Shown: positions 8,855 to 20,321 of the stretch, in pieces
Layout of the letters: each line of letters starts with the position of its first letter
Position numbering within the stretch: position 1 is the stretch's first letter
NCBI GenBank assembly: GCA_944391615.1
Contig: CALXUE010000008.1
Coordinates: 3,511-67,510 of the forward strand
Origin: an uncultured Alphaproteobacteria bacterium
Lineage (GTDB): Bacteria; Pseudomonadota; Alphaproteobacteria; RF32; CAG-239
Length of the DNA stretch: 64,000 nucleotides
Direction: 5' to 3'
Notes under the pieces: model-generated
The model's database searches: none
What the model was told of the DNA's origin: nothing
What the model saw: only the letters and a program-made list of their open reading frames with translations
Made by a program: the position numbers and the translations under genes

Positions 8855-9418
8855 ATGGAAATAATTAAAATTTGTAATTTGGATGTTACTTATGATTTCA
8901 GCAATTCATTTGTTATTGCCAGTGTGTCTGAAAATTTTCAAAGTTGGGAGAAATTTCTGCTTTTTGCTTCAGATGTTGTAACCGTTGTTGTCAGGAGATT
9001 GAATGTAGACCACTGTGATGTGGAAGTTATTGTGATTAGTCAAGATAACAAAGTTATGGTTCATTCTTCTCATTATGATTTTCGGAAAAAACTTTGTGAT
9101 TTTGCGGCTGAAAAATATTGTAATTGTTTCTATTCAGCATTTGAAAATGCAAATCCAGAGCTGATTATAGAAAAAATGAAGGAAATGCACAAACAAGCTC
9201 GTACGTTTAGCTGCTTTTATGAAGTCGTTATTGAGCCCTCGGCAGGGGCTGATATTTCCGATGTGGTTAAAGAAATGAAATCTTTGAGTGAAATTATCAA
9301 AATGCCGGTATGTGCTAAGTTTAACGGAAAAAATCTTCGCATTACGCAGACTACCGATGTTGATGATACAGTGAATTGCTTTTGGCGGAATATTGATACA
9401 GGCAGCGTGTATCAATAA
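8855..9418 (+). CDS. hypothetical protein
   Basis: A 187-aa ORF (track start TTG 8849) with an upstream promoter, TTTACT-16-TATAAT (8782-8809), and a terminator downstream. No recognisable motif. Confidence 0.55.
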   Translation: MEIIKICNLDVTYDFSNSFVIASVSENFQSWEKFLLFASDVVTVVVRRLNVDHCDVEVIVISQDNKVMVHSSHYDFRKKLCDFAAEKYCNCFYSAFENANPELIIEKMKEMHKQARTFSCFYEVVIEPSAGADISDVVKEMKSLSEIIKMPVCAKFNGKNLRITQTTDVDDTVNCFWRNIDTGSVYQ

Positions 9419-9444
9419 TTCTTGATTGATATTAGGTATAATTT

Positions 9445-9476
9445 AAGCGGCAGATGTAAAATTGCCGCTTTTTTTA
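9445..9476 (+). terminator. rho-independent terminator
   Basis: AAGCGGCA/TGCCGCTT stem followed by a T-run. Confidence 0.7.
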
Positions 9477-9480
9477 TAAT

Positions 9481-9517
9481 AAAAAAACCTTCTGCTATTA
9501 AAACAGAAGTTTTTTTT
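9481..9517. repeat. A-tract/hairpin/T-tract element, left copy of an inverted pair
   Basis: AAAAAAACCTTCTGCTATTAAAACAGAAGTTTTTTTT. Its reverse complement nearly matches 10894-10927. Confidence 0.6.
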
Positions 9518-9550
9518 GTCAAAAAATATGTAAAATTCTTAAAATATTAA

Positions 9551-9579
9551 TTGACAGCTATGTAAAATTATGATATAAA
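9551..9579 (+). promoter_or_regulatory. sigma70-like promoter
   Basis: TTGACA (9551-9556), 17-nt spacer, TATAAA (9574-9579). Confidence 0.5.
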
Positions 9580-9599
9580 ACTCGTGTTTAATTATTATT

Positions 9600-9893
9600 A
9601 TGGAGGTTATTCTTTTAGAAAATTTCCGCCATAATTTGTTTTTTATTAAAAAAATATATATGGAAAAGAAAAGAAAAAAGAAAAATTCTTGGCTGAAAAA
9701 GCAAGTCACTAAGGTTCAGATTTTGCCTTGGTATTGGAAGCTGGTTTTTAGTGTGCTTATATTCTTTTTATGCGGCGCACTTGGTATGCAGCTGTTTACC
9801 GCTCCTGATGATATTTCAATGATTTTGGGCGTGGTTGTCATCATTATTGCTCTGTGGTTTTTGCTGCAGATGTGGTGGCGCAGCGAAGAGTGA
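9600..9893 (+). CDS. small membrane protein, function unknown
   Basis: Lys-rich stretch followed by two hydrophobic helices. The start is uncertain (ATG 9600 or ATG 9660) and neither has an SD. Confidence 0.45.
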   Translation: MEVILLENFRHNLFFIKKIYMEKKRKKKNSWLKKQVTKVQILPWYWKLVFSVLIFFLCGALGMQLFTAPDDISMILGVVVIIIALWFLLQMWWRSEE

Positions 9894-9938
9894 TTTTTTT
9901 ATTTTATTTATTTTTTTATTTACTTTAATTTTTTTTAT

Positions 9939-10838
9939 ATGAAAACATTTTATTGTTTGTTAGCGGTTATTTGTTTGGCTTTTGCCACAGTATCTTGTAC
10001 TTCAGTTGAACCGGGGGAGGCGGCTCTTAAAGTCCACAAGTTGGGCGATAAAAAAGGGCAAATCGAAATCCTTGGTATCGGACGACACGCCAATAGCTGG
10101 TTTGGGCGATATTCTATCAAGGTTTATCCGACCAATATTCAGCAGTGGAGCTGGACTTTGTCCGATGATGAGGGAAGTTTGAATGATGAATCAATTCATT
10201 TTCAGTCCGAAGGGCAGGATTTGAGTTGTGATGTCGGCATTTCCTTCACCTTTATTACCGAAGGTAATAATTTGGCTAAGATGTATGAATACTTCAAGGC
10301 TACGCCTGATGAAATTGTTGAACGCTTTATGCGCAAGGATATTCGTAACTTTTTTAATGAGGTTTCTTCAACTATGAAAGTTGATGAAGTTTATGCTCAG
10401 AAAAAAGAAGATTTGCGCAAGGCCGTTTTGAAAAAAATGCAGGACAAGTATGAGCCTTTGGGAATCGATGTGCAAGAAGTTTCTTATCTCTCTCTGATTC
10501 GTCTGCCTAAAGAAGTGCAGGCTGCCGTTAATTTGAAGATTACGGCCAAGCAGCGTGCAGAACAGAGAGAAAATGAAATTGCCGAGAAAGAGGCTGAGGC
10601 TAAGAAGAAAGCGGCAGAAGCTCAAGGTGAGGCTGACCGTTTGCGTATTGAAGCCGAAGGCCGTGCCAAAGCGATTGAAGTTGAAGGTCGTGCGTTAGCC
10701 CAAAATCCGCAGATTTTGCGTCTTAAGGAAATTGAGATGCAGATGAAACTCGCTGAATCAGCTAAAAGCTGGAATACTGTTGTGATGAGCAGCGGACAAG
10801 CTGGACAGTTGCTGAATATCGGTGGTAGCGGAAAATAA
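9939..10838 (+). CDS. SPFH/band-7 (prohibitin-like) domain lipoprotein
   Basis: Lipobox-like signal (LAFATVSC), an SPFH core, and an Ala/Glu/Lys coiled coil (AEKEAEAKKKAAEAQGEADRLRIEAEGRAKAIEVEGRA) typical of the HflC/prohibitin family. Confidence 0.8.
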   Translation: MKTFYCLLAVICLAFATVSCTSVEPGEAALKVHKLGDKKGQIEILGIGRHANSWFGRYSIKVYPTNIQQWSWTLSDDEGSLNDESIHFQSEGQDLSCDVGISFTFITEGNNLAKMYEYFKATPDEIVERFMRKDIRNFFNEVSSTMKVDEVYAQKKEDLRKAVLKKMQDKYEPLGIDVQEVSYLSLIRLPKEVQAAVNLKITAKQRAEQRENEIAEKEAEAKKKAAEAQGEADRLRIEAEGRAKAIEVEGRALAQNPQILRLKEIEMQMKLAESAKSWNTVVMSSGQAGQLLNIGGSGK

Positions 10839-10858
10839 AAAAATAAAAAATTTGTTTT

Positions 10859-10886
10859 TAACCTCCGTGAAAGCGGAGGTTTTTTG
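10859..10886 (+). terminator. rho-independent terminator
   Basis: AACCTCCG-TGAAA-GCGGAGGTT followed by T5. Confidence 0.75.
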
Positions 10887-10893
10887 TAACAAG

Positions 10894-10927
10894 AAAAAAC
10901 CTTCTGTTTTGATAGCAGAAGGTTTTG
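10894..10927. repeat. A-tract/hairpin/T-tract element, right (inverted) copy; also the terminator of the minus-strand gene 10945-11364
   Basis: AAAAAACCTTCTGTTTTGATAGCAGAAGGTTTTGTG. It has the same stem as 9481-9517 and its loop is the reverse complement with 1 mismatch. Confidence 0.6.
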
Positions 10928-10944
10928 TGTTGTAATTTTATGAT

Positions 10945-11364
10945 TCAAAGGTCTGCATGGACAATTTTGGGATATCGGCGTTGATTAGGAGCATCTCCCC
11001 ATAAAATGACCGTTACAATTCCTGCTACAAATGTAATACATACAAGCCAAAATGACCCATATCTAAAATAATTGGATAGAAATTCAGAATTGCATTCTCC
11101 TGAAACAAACTCAACGTGCGGATTGCCATTTTTGCGAAAAACAGTTACGTGCATACCTTCAGCGGCTTTAATAATCTCTTTGTCTTTTGGAGTATATATG
11201 TCTTCGATTGGATATTTAACAGCGTTTATATCAACAAAGAGCTTGTCTTCATTACTTTGAACATATCCGCTACCGATAATTTCAATTTCCGAAGGATATC
11301 TGACCTTAAAGCACAAAGTGATTAAAACTAAAAGAATTAATGTGAAAAAAATTCTTGTTTTCAT
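10945..11364 (-). CDS. hypothetical exported/membrane protein
   Basis: N-terminal signal/TM and a C-terminal TM. 139 aa, no recognisable motif. Confidence 0.5.
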   Translation of the reverse strand: MKTRIFFTLILLVLITLCFKVRYPSEIEIIGSGYVQSNEDKLFVDINAVKYPIEDIYTPKDKEIIKAAEGMHVTVFRKNGNPHVEFVSGECNSEFLSNYFRYGSFWLVCITFVAGIVTVILWGDAPNQRRYPKIVHADL

Positions 11365-11549
11365 AATTGTAGTTTATTTTAATAGTTTGACATAATTGTT
11401 ATTTTTTCAAAGGATTATAGACTTTTTTTTATGTGGAACGCAAGATTTTTTTTACGATTCGCATTAAATTCTTGAAAAAGTAAATACTATCTGCTAAGAC
11501 ATATTCAATTAAATTATCATTATGTCAAACATTCTAAAAATGAATTACT

Positions 11550-12308
11550 ATGGAGAAATTATCAGACGAAAAAATGTTGCAAATTAGAACTGCAATTCAA
11601 AAAGCTGAACTTGATGAATTCTTAAACTCCCTTAAAAGAGAAGATTACAAACTAGAAATTAACGTCAATTCTCCAACATTGGAGCAAGATTTGATTTCAG
11701 CAGTTGAGAGCGGACAACAACTGAGATATGGTGAACAACAATGGATTATCCGAGCTGTCGCAAGCAAATTAATATCCGATTTTATCATTGAACGTATGCT
11801 TAAACACGGGTATGATGGTTTTTGGTGGCCGCTTGATGAACTTGTTTTCGCGCTTGATTCAGGTGCGATGTCGCAGGACACTTTAAAATGTATCCTTGAA
11901 AATCAAAATTTTCACTTAAAAGATGATTTTGTAATTGCCCTTGTTCATAGGATGATTGAGCATAAACTTCCCGAAGACTTTATCCTCAAATTAATACATC
12001 ATCATTATTGTTGCCTTCCTTCACCTATGGTACAAATGATTCTTGAAGCGGTCGCCGCTAAAAAAGTCAATCCTATTTATCTGCAAGAGTTAATTCAACG
12101 TCAACATCAATTTGGAGATATTTTGGATTTACAAATTATCCAATACACTATTAACGGCAATTTACATCCATGTTTTCTAGAGCTAATGATAAAATTGCAT
12201 TATCATTTCAGTGCCTTTAATGAAAAAATCTTGCTAACAAGTGGAATTGACTTTGGTGTTAAGAAGTATCTGGTAAAATATCACCCAGAGCTTTTTGATA
12301 TGGTGTAA
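11550..12308 (+). CDS. hypothetical protein
   Basis: A 252-aa ORF that looks helical-repeat. It is preceded by the shared CAATTAAATTATCATTATGTCAAAC motif and followed by a terminator. Confidence 0.55.
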   Translation: MEKLSDEKMLQIRTAIQKAELDEFLNSLKREDYKLEINVNSPTLEQDLISAVESGQQLRYGEQQWIIRAVASKLISDFIIERMLKHGYDGFWWPLDELVFALDSGAMSQDTLKCILENQNFHLKDDFVIALVHRMIEHKLPEDFILKLIHHHYCCLPSPMVQMILEAVAAKKVNPIYLQELIQRQHQFGDILDLQIIQYTINGNLHPCFLELMIKLHYHFSAFNEKILLTSGIDFGVKKYLVKYHPELFDMV

Positions 12309-12318
12309 TGGTAGAAAA

Positions 12319-12354
12319 ATGCCTGTAATTGATAAAATTACAGGCATTTTTTTT
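12319..12354 (+). terminator. rho-independent terminator
   Basis: Perfect 11-bp stem ATGCCTGTAAT/ATTACAGGCAT followed by T7. Confidence 0.8.
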
Positions 12355-12481
12355 ATGTGCTGACTATATGCTTTTTTTGTTAAAAGCAATAGGTATTTGT
12401 GGAAAGAAAAGCCTCTGAGAAGGAGAGATGCTTATGTGTTTTATCCTTGACTTTCGATAGCCTATACTGTAACCTACCATT

Positions 12482-12552
12482 CACTTAGTTATTATTATGT
12501 TTAATTTAGAGGAACCGGTCATATAAGCCTCAATAAATATTCCGGTATAATT
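12482..12552 (+). promoter_or_regulatory. conserved leader with a 9-codon uORF (MFNLEEPVI*), paralogous to 30833-30903
   Basis: About 60 nt are nearly identical to the leader of the paralog at 30904. The uORF ATG is at 12497 and its TAA at 12524-12526. Confidence 0.55.
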
Positions 12553-13131
12553 ATGGATGAAAAAACTATAATTTTTATTTTGCTTGGAATTTGTGCCTTT
12601 TTGTTCTGTTTTGTTCTTGTGGTCGCGATACTTCAAGGTAACCAAACAAAACGCGAGTTATCCGGACAAGCCGGTGTGTATAAAGGTCCTGCCGGTGAAC
12701 CCAAATGGAACGGACAATTGCCGGCAAAAGTGGATGATTTTGTTTGTCCTCGCTATGTTTATGAAAACCTGGTGGAAAGTACCGATTATTTACCTGAAAA
12801 CGGCAGAATTATTGGTTATCGTATCTCTCCTGATTTAGTTATTCATAGCCGAGTACAATATGGTGTTAATTCTCCCACTCTCAAGAGTTATATTCGTCGA
12901 TTGGGCGGAAAGTTATTAACTCCTGACGAAGTGTTAACACTATTGGGTAAATGGAGTGCTGTTTCTGCCTTACGCGTTAAAGCCGGAGATGAAACTTTAG
13001 GCAAATTTCAATTTTGGTGCAGTTCTAAAGAAGGGTTTCCTGTTTGTGCAAGACTTCGTGGTGGGTATATTTTTTTTGAAGATATGGTTGGGTTTGCAAA
13101 ATTTTCTGCTCCTCTTATCTTAAAAAGATAA
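12553..13131 (+). CDS. membrane-anchored protein of unknown function (paralog of 30904-31491)
   Basis: N-terminal TM, then a block shared with the paralog: GVY.GPAGEP.WNG.LP..VDD...PRYVYENLVE.T...PENGRIIGYRISP.LVIHSRVQ. Confidence 0.65.
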   Translation: MDEKTIIFILLGICAFLFCFVLVVAILQGNQTKRELSGQAGVYKGPAGEPKWNGQLPAKVDDFVCPRYVYENLVESTDYLPENGRIIGYRISPDLVIHSRVQYGVNSPTLKSYIRRLGGKLLTPDEVLTLLGKWSAVSALRVKAGDETLGKFQFWCSSKEGFPVCARLRGGYIFFEDMVGFAKFSAPLILKR

Positions 13132-13149
13132 ATATTCGTGTAAAAAATT

Positions 13150-13177
13150 GCGCCTCGTGATGAGGCGCGTTTTTTTT
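13150..13177 (+). terminator. rho-independent terminator
   Basis: GCGCCTC-GTGAT-GAGGCGC followed by a T-run. Confidence 0.8.
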
Positions 13178-13322
13178 GCTCAAATTTGTGAAGTGAAAAA
13201 ATAAAACTTTTATGCTTATGGAAAAATGTGTGGGAAAATGGGGGCGTGTGCTTGGCTTATCGGCTTTTGTGATGTATTATGCTTGGTAATTTGAGTTTTT
13301 TTGTGGTTCGAGTTTAGATAAA

Positions 13323-15515
13323 ATGATTGTCGGCGTTTTGTTGCCATTGCCGTTTAATGACGTGTTTGATTATAAAGTGGATGATGCCGAAGGTATCAGC
13401 CTTGGGGATATGGTTCGCGTTTCATTCGGGCGCGAAGTGCTGGTCGGTGTGGTGTGGAAGCTTGGCAAAAACTCTAAACTCGATGATGCTAAAATTAAAC
13501 CTATTCTTGAAAAAATCGACTTTCCGCCTTTGTCGGCCGAACTTATGCGCTTTGTGAGTTTTGTGGCCTCTTATAATATGGCGTTTCTGGGCTTGGTGCT
13601 TAAAATGGTGTTGAGTGTTAAAGGGGTGTTTGACAATCTTAAAACCTCTACAATGTATAAACTCTCCGGTAAAACTTTGGCTGAAGCCAAGCTCAAAAAT
13701 TCTGATGCGCGCTGGCGGGTGATGGATTTGCTCAAGCATTATCCTTATACAAGGGCCGAAATTGCCAAAGGTGCCGGTGTCGGGCAGGCCGTTATCAAAA
13801 CTTTGATTGATGCCGGTGTGATTGTGCCGGAAGTGGTTTTGGCGCGTAGAGATTTTGGCGTGCCTGACGGAAATTTTTCAAAAGTTAAACTGACAGATGA
13901 ACAACAATCGGCAGCAGATTATTTGTGCTCTAAAGTCGGGCAGGGGTTTTCGGTTACGCTTTTGGACGGGGTGACCGGCTCGGGCAAAACCGAGGTGTAT
14001 TTTGAGGCGGTGGCCGAAGCTTTGTCCAAGAGCAAACAAGTGTTAATCATGGTGCCGGAAATTTCTTTGACAACACAATGGCTCTCTAGATTTGAAAAAC
14101 GTTTTGGTGTTAAACCGGCTTGTTGGCACTCGGGGTTGGGCAATCGTGAAAGAATCGATACATGGCAGGCGGTGATTGAAAATCGGGCTAAAGTCGTGGT
14201 TGGGGCGCGGTCCGCTCTCTTCTTGCCATACGCCGATTTGGGACTCATGGTGATTGATGAAAGTCATGACTCTTCCTTCAAACAAGAGGACAATGTTAAT
14301 TATCAGGGGCGTGATATGGCGGTAGTGCGTGCCAAAATGGAGCAGTTCCCCCTTATCTTGTCAACAGCTACACCTGATTTGGAAACAATTTGTAATGTCG
14401 AATCGGGCAAATATGACTGCGTTAAGCTCACCAGCCGTTTTGCCGCTGCCGAATTACCGGAAATTCGTATCATCGACCTTAAAAAAGACAAGCCTCAGAA
14501 ATATGCCAAAGAAAACGGGCAGCTCTCCGTGGCATGGCTCTCTCCAACCTTGGTGAAAGCTCTTCATGACAATTTGGAAAAAGGAGAGCAGTCTATGCTC
14601 TTTCTCAACCGCAGAGGATATGCTCCTTTGACAATTTGTCGGGATTGCGGACACCGTATTCAATGTCCAAACTGTACGGCTTGGCTCACAGAACACCGTA
14701 AAAGCAAATCTTTGGTATGTCATCATTGCGGGTACACCACCTCTATTCCCCCAAGGTGTCCGGAATGTGGGTCTGAAGATGGCTTAACCGCTTGCGGCCC
14801 CGGGGTGGAGCGTGTGGCTGAAGAAGTTTCTAAACGTTTTCCTTTGGCGCGAATCGGAATTCTTTCCAGCGATATTACCTCAACTTTGGCGGAGGTTTCG
14901 GCACAAATTCAAAAAATGGAAAATCATGAAATCGACATTATTATCGGTACGCAGATTTTGGCCAAAGGACACCACTTTCCCTCACTGACATTGGTGGGAA
15001 TCGTTGATGCTGATTTGGGACTGATGGGAAGCGATTTACGCGCCTCAGAACGTACTTTTCAACTCCTGTCTCAAGTCGCGGGACGTGCCGGTCGTGCCGA
15101 GAAAAAAGGTGTGGTTTATTTGCAGACGCTCTATCCCGAAAATGCCGTGCTTAAGGCTTTGGTTGATAATAATCGCGAACAATTTGTGGAACTTGAAAAA
15201 CAAAGCCGCCGCATCCTTAAACTGCCGCCTTTTGGCAAGCTTGCCGCCATTATCGTTACCGGCGATAATCAAAATATGACTGAAAGTGTGGCGGCTCATC
15301 TGGGCTCTGCGGCCCCTAATACCGATATGATTACAACCCTTGGTCCGGCTCCGGCTCCTATCTTTATGCTGCGTGGAAAATTTCGCTATCGCTTGCTCTT
15401 GAAAACGGCTCGTAGCATTAATATTCAAAATGTTATCCAGCAGTGGCTCTCCAGAGTGCAGGTGCCAAATCGTGTGCGCGTCGAGGTTGATATCGATCCT
15501 TATAACTTTATGTAA
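13323..15515 (+). CDS. priA: primosomal protein N' (replication restart helicase PriA)
   Basis: GVTGSGKTEVY Walker A, VIDESHD, Cys-rich zinc region CRDCGHRIQCPNCTAWLTEHR...CHHCGY...CPECGS. 730 aa. Confidence 0.92.
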   Translation: MIVGVLLPLPFNDVFDYKVDDAEGISLGDMVRVSFGREVLVGVVWKLGKNSKLDDAKIKPILEKIDFPPLSAELMRFVSFVASYNMAFLGLVLKMVLSVKGVFDNLKTSTMYKLSGKTLAEAKLKNSDARWRVMDLLKHYPYTRAEIAKGAGVGQAVIKTLIDAGVIVPEVVLARRDFGVPDGNFSKVKLTDEQQSAADYLCSKVGQGFSVTLLDGVTGSGKTEVYFEAVAEALSKSKQVLIMVPEISLTTQWLSRFEKRFGVKPACWHSGLGNRERIDTWQAVIENRAKVVVGARSALFLPYADLGLMVIDESHDSSFKQEDNVNYQGRDMAVVRAKMEQFPLILSTATPDLETICNVESGKYDCVKLTSRFAAAELPEIRIIDLKKDKPQKYAKENGQLSVAWLSPTLVKALHDNLEKGEQSMLFLNRRGYAPLTICRDCGHRIQCPNCTAWLTEHRKSKSLVCHHCGYTTSIPPRCPECGSEDGLTACGPGVERVAEEVSKRFPLARIGILSSDITSTLAEVSAQIQKMENHEIDIIIGTQILAKGHHFPSLTLVGIVDADLGLMGSDLRASERTFQLLSQVAGRAGRAEKKGVVYLQTLYPENAVLKALVDNNREQFVELEKQSRRILKLPPFGKLAAIIVTGDNQNMTESVAAHLGSAAPNTDMITTLGPAPAPIFMLRGKFRYRLLLKTARSINIQNVIQQWLSRVQVPNRVRVEVDIDPYNFM

Positions 15516-15637
15516 AAAACTGTTCAAAAGTCGTAAGAAAAACTGTTAAGTCGGTCGATTATTAATAAAATAGAAATAAATTTCGTTGTATATATATGTC
15601 AGTTTAAATTTTCAAATCGTTTTTTTAGAGTGTATTC

Positions 15638-16192
15638 GTGAAAAAAGAATCTAAAATTAAAATCGCTTCAACTTATGCTCAGGCTCTTTATGATGCCGCT
15701 GAGGAGAAAAAATGTTTGGATGCGGTGCTGCATAATGTGGACGAACTCTTAAACTCTTATCCTGATTATAAAGACAGCGTGGCCTTCTTGGCTAACCCTT
15801 TATGGGCGCTTGACGATAAAATTGCTGCTCTTAAAGCTGTTGCAAAAAAAATTAAACTTCATTCCGAGGTGCTTAATTGCTTGGAAATCGTGGCTCAAAA
15901 TAATCGGTTCGGCGAATATAAACTCATTTTAGAAATATTCCGCCAAATATATTTTGAAAAACACAATATTGCTCAAGTCGACGTTGAAACTGTTATGCCT
16001 TTAACCGAGACACAGGATAAAAACCTTAAAACTAATTTGAAAAATTTTTTGAAAAAAGACGTTTTGATTAATTATCATATCAATCCGGATATTATGGGAG
16101 GCTTGGTTGTCTCTTATAATTCGGAAATGATTGATGATTCTCTCAAAGGTAAATTAAACCGTTTGGAAACAATAATGAAAGGTGGACAATAA
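15638..16192 (+). CDS. atpH: F0F1 ATP synthase subunit delta
   Basis: OSCP-like 184-aa protein (YAQALYDAA...[23 protein letters not shown]) directly upstream of atpA. GTG start. Confidence 0.85.
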   Translation: MKKESKIKIASTYAQALYDAAEEKKCLDAVLHNVDELLNSYPDYKDSVAFLANPLWALDDKIAALKAVAKKIKLHSEVLNCLEIVAQNNRFGEYKLILEIFRQIYFEKHNIAQVDVETVMPLTETQDKNLKTNLKNFLKKDVLINYHINPDIMGGLVVSYNSEMIDDSLKGKLNRLETIMKGGQ

Positions 16193-17745
16193 TGTCTGTA
16201 ATTGCCAGCGAAATATCTTCCATTATTAAAGACAAAATCGCTAATTCCGATGTCGATGTCGATGTCGCTGAGGTTGGTAAGGTCTTGTCTATCGGTGACG
16301 GTATCGCCCATGTCTATGGTTTGAATAATGTTCAATCCAATGAAATGGTCGAGTTCGAATCCGGTGTTAAGGGTATGGCCCTTAATTTGGAAGAAGATAA
16401 TGTCGGTGTCGTTATCTTTGGTTCTGACTCTGAAATTAAAGAAGGCGACACGGTCAGACGTACCGATAAAATCGTGAGCGTTCCCGTCGGTAAGGAACTC
16501 CTCGGGCGCGTTGTGGATGCGTTGGGTGAGCCTATCGATGGTAAGGGCGCTATTAAAGCTAAACAATTTTCTAACTCGGAAATTAAAGCCCCAGGTATTA
16601 TTGCTCGTAAAAGTGTGCATGAACCTGTGCAGACCGGCTTGAAAATGATTGACTCCCTTATTCCTATCGGAAGAGGCCAGCGTGAGCTGATTATCGGCGA
16701 TAGACAGACCGGTAAAACATCTATTATCTTGGATACGATCATTAACCAAAAACGCGTTAATGATGCAGCTAAGTCAGATAAAGAAAAAATGTTTTGCATT
16801 TATGTGGCTGTCGGGCAAAAACGCTCAACCGTGGCTCAGTTCGTGCAAACGTTGAAAGATTATGGTGCTTTGGATTACACCATCGTGGTCGCAGCTACCG
16901 CTTCTGATCCTGCTCCGATGCAGTATATTGCTCCGTATTCCGGATGTGCTATGGGTGAGTTTTTCCGCGATAACGGTATGCATGCAACCATCTTTTATGA
17001 TGATTTATCTAAACAAGCAACGGCTTATCGTCAGATGTCTTTGTTGTTGCGTCGTCCGCCAGGGCGTGAAGCTTATCCGGGTGATGTGTTCTATTTGCAT
17101 TCTCGTTTGTTGGAACGCGCCGCTAAAATGAGTGATGAACTCGGTGCCGGTTCGTTGACCGCTTTGCCGGTGATTGAAACACAAGCTGGTGATGTGTCTG
17201 CTTATATTCCGACAAACGTCATCTCTATTACTGATGGGCAAATCTTCCTTGAAAACTCGTTGTTCTATCAAGGCATCAGACCTGCCGTGAACGTTGGTAT
17301 TTCTGTTTCGCGTGTGGGATCTGCCGCTCAGATTAAGGCAATGAAGCAAGTTGCCGGTAAAATTAAACTTGATCTGGCTCAATATCGAGAGATGGCTGCC
17401 TTTGCTCAGTTTGCTTCCGATCTTGATCCTGCGACCAAACAGCTCCTCAATCGTGGTGAAAGACTGACCGAACTTTTGAAACAGCCGGTCTATCATCCAA
17501 TGCCAATTGAAGATCAGGTGGTGTCAATTTATGCCGGCGTCAGAGGATTCTTGGATCAGATTAAGGTTAGTGAAGTTAAAGACTTTGAAACTAAGGCTTT
17601 GGCTGATATTAAATCTAATCATCCAGAGTTCTTGGAAGAAATCAGAAACACAAAGGTTATTTCTGATGAACTGGATAAAAAGCTTACGGATTATTTTACT
17701 CAGTTTACCGGAAGTTTTGTGGTTAGTCAAAATCAGGCAGCGTAA
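16192..17745 (+). CDS. atpA: F0F1 ATP synthase subunit alpha
   Basis: GDRQTGKT P-loop and full-length alpha-subunit similarity. Confidence 0.95.
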   Translation: MSVIASEISSIIKDKIANSDVDVDVAEVGKVLSIGDGIAHVYGLNNVQSNEMVEFESGVKGMALNLEEDNVGVVIFGSDSEIKEGDTVRRTDKIVSVPVGKELLGRVVDALGEPIDGKGAIKAKQFSNSEIKAPGIIARKSVHEPVQTGLKMIDSLIPIGRGQRELIIGDRQTGKTSIILDTIINQKRVNDAAKSDKEKMFCIYVAVGQKRSTVAQFVQTLKDYGALDYTIVVAATASDPAPMQYIAPYSGCAMGEFFRDNGMHATIFYDDLSKQATAYRQMSLLLRRPPGREAYPGDVFYLHSRLLERAAKMSDELGAGSLTALPVIETQAGDVSAYIPTNVISITDGQIFLENSLFYQGIRPAVNVGISVSRVGSAAQIKAMKQVAGKIKLDLAQYREMAAFAQFASDLDPATKQLLNRGERLTELLKQPVYHPMPIEDQVVSIYAGVRGFLDQIKVSEVKDFETKALADIKSNHPEFLEEIRNTKVISDELDKKLTDYFTQFTGSFVVSQNQAA

Positions 17746-17755
17746 GGATTAAGTT

Positions 17756-18673
17756 ATGGCCGGGTTGAAAGAGTTAAAAACGCGTATTGAGGCAATTAAG
17801 TCTACCAAAAAAATTACTTCTGCTATGAAGATGGTGGCCGCTGCCAGTTTGCGTCGCGCTCAAGGCTTAATCGGAAAAAGTGCCGCGTACTATGATAATT
17901 TGCTTCATAGTGCGCAGCGCGCTGCTTATGATTTGAAACTTGAAGAAAAAATTTCGGGTAAAGCTTTTTCGTATCCCGAAGTTATGCAGCCTAAAGCAAG
18001 TGATAATTCTTATCTATTGCTGGTTATTTCTTCTGACAAAGGGTTGTGCGGAAGCTATAATACCCATGTTGCAAGAGCTGCTGCCCAGCGTATTGCCGAA
18101 CTGCAGGCTCAATCTAAAAAAATTGAGGTCATTTGCATCGGTAAAAAAGCGCGTGATATTCTAAATCGTAAGTTTTCGACTTTGATTGTTAAAACTTATG
18201 AAGGTATTTCTCGCAAAGGGGCTGATTTTGACGAAGCTATTGAAATTTTTCATCCGATTTTGCAGGCTTTTGAAAAAGGCGTGTATGATAAAGTGGAAAT
18301 TGTCAGTAGTTTCTTTAAATCTGCCATTAGTCGTGAAACAAAGTCCAGGGCGTTTTTGCCGATTAATTTTGATGATAGCCAAGTTGTTTCCGATCATCCG
18401 ATTAACATCGCCGGCAATGCTTTTTATGACTATGAACCTGATAAAGAAGAGATGCTTTCTTCTTTGTTGATTATGATGCTGAAAGCTCAACTCTTTAATG
18501 CTTTGGTGCAGGCTCAAGCCTCGGAGCAGGGGTCTCGCATGGCTTCTATGGATAATGCTACGCGCAATGCCAGCGATATGATTTCTAAGTTGACTTTGCG
18601 TTATAATGGTATTCGTCAATCTGCCATTACGACGGAATTGACTGAGATTATTTCAGGGGCAGAGGCTATTTAA
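17756..18673 (+). CDS. atpG: F0F1 ATP synthase subunit gamma
   Basis: MAGLKELKTRIEAIKSTKKITSAMKMVAAA...ITTELTEIISGAEA, with gamma-typical termini. Confidence 0.92.
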   Translation: MAGLKELKTRIEAIKSTKKITSAMKMVAAASLRRAQGLIGKSAAYYDNLLHSAQRAAYDLKLEEKISGKAFSYPEVMQPKASDNSYLLLVISSDKGLCGSYNTHVARAAAQRIAELQAQSKKIEVICIGKKARDILNRKFSTLIVKTYEGISRKGADFDEAIEIFHPILQAFEKGVYDKVEIVSSFFKSAISRETKSRAFLPINFDDSQVVSDHPINIAGNAFYDYEPDKEEMLSSLLIMMLKAQLFNALVQAQASEQGSRMASMDNATRNASDMISKLTLRYNGIRQSAITTELTEIISGAEAI

Positions 18674-18719
18674 AGTTCGTTCTAAACTTGAATTGGTGAA
18701 ATTATTATATTGTTTTTGA

Positions 18720-20258
<1,539 letters not shown>

Positions 20259-20321
20259 GCAAATGGTTGAAAGCAGGCAGTTATTTGATGATTGCCTGCT
20301 CTCTTTTTATTGGGGTTGAAA

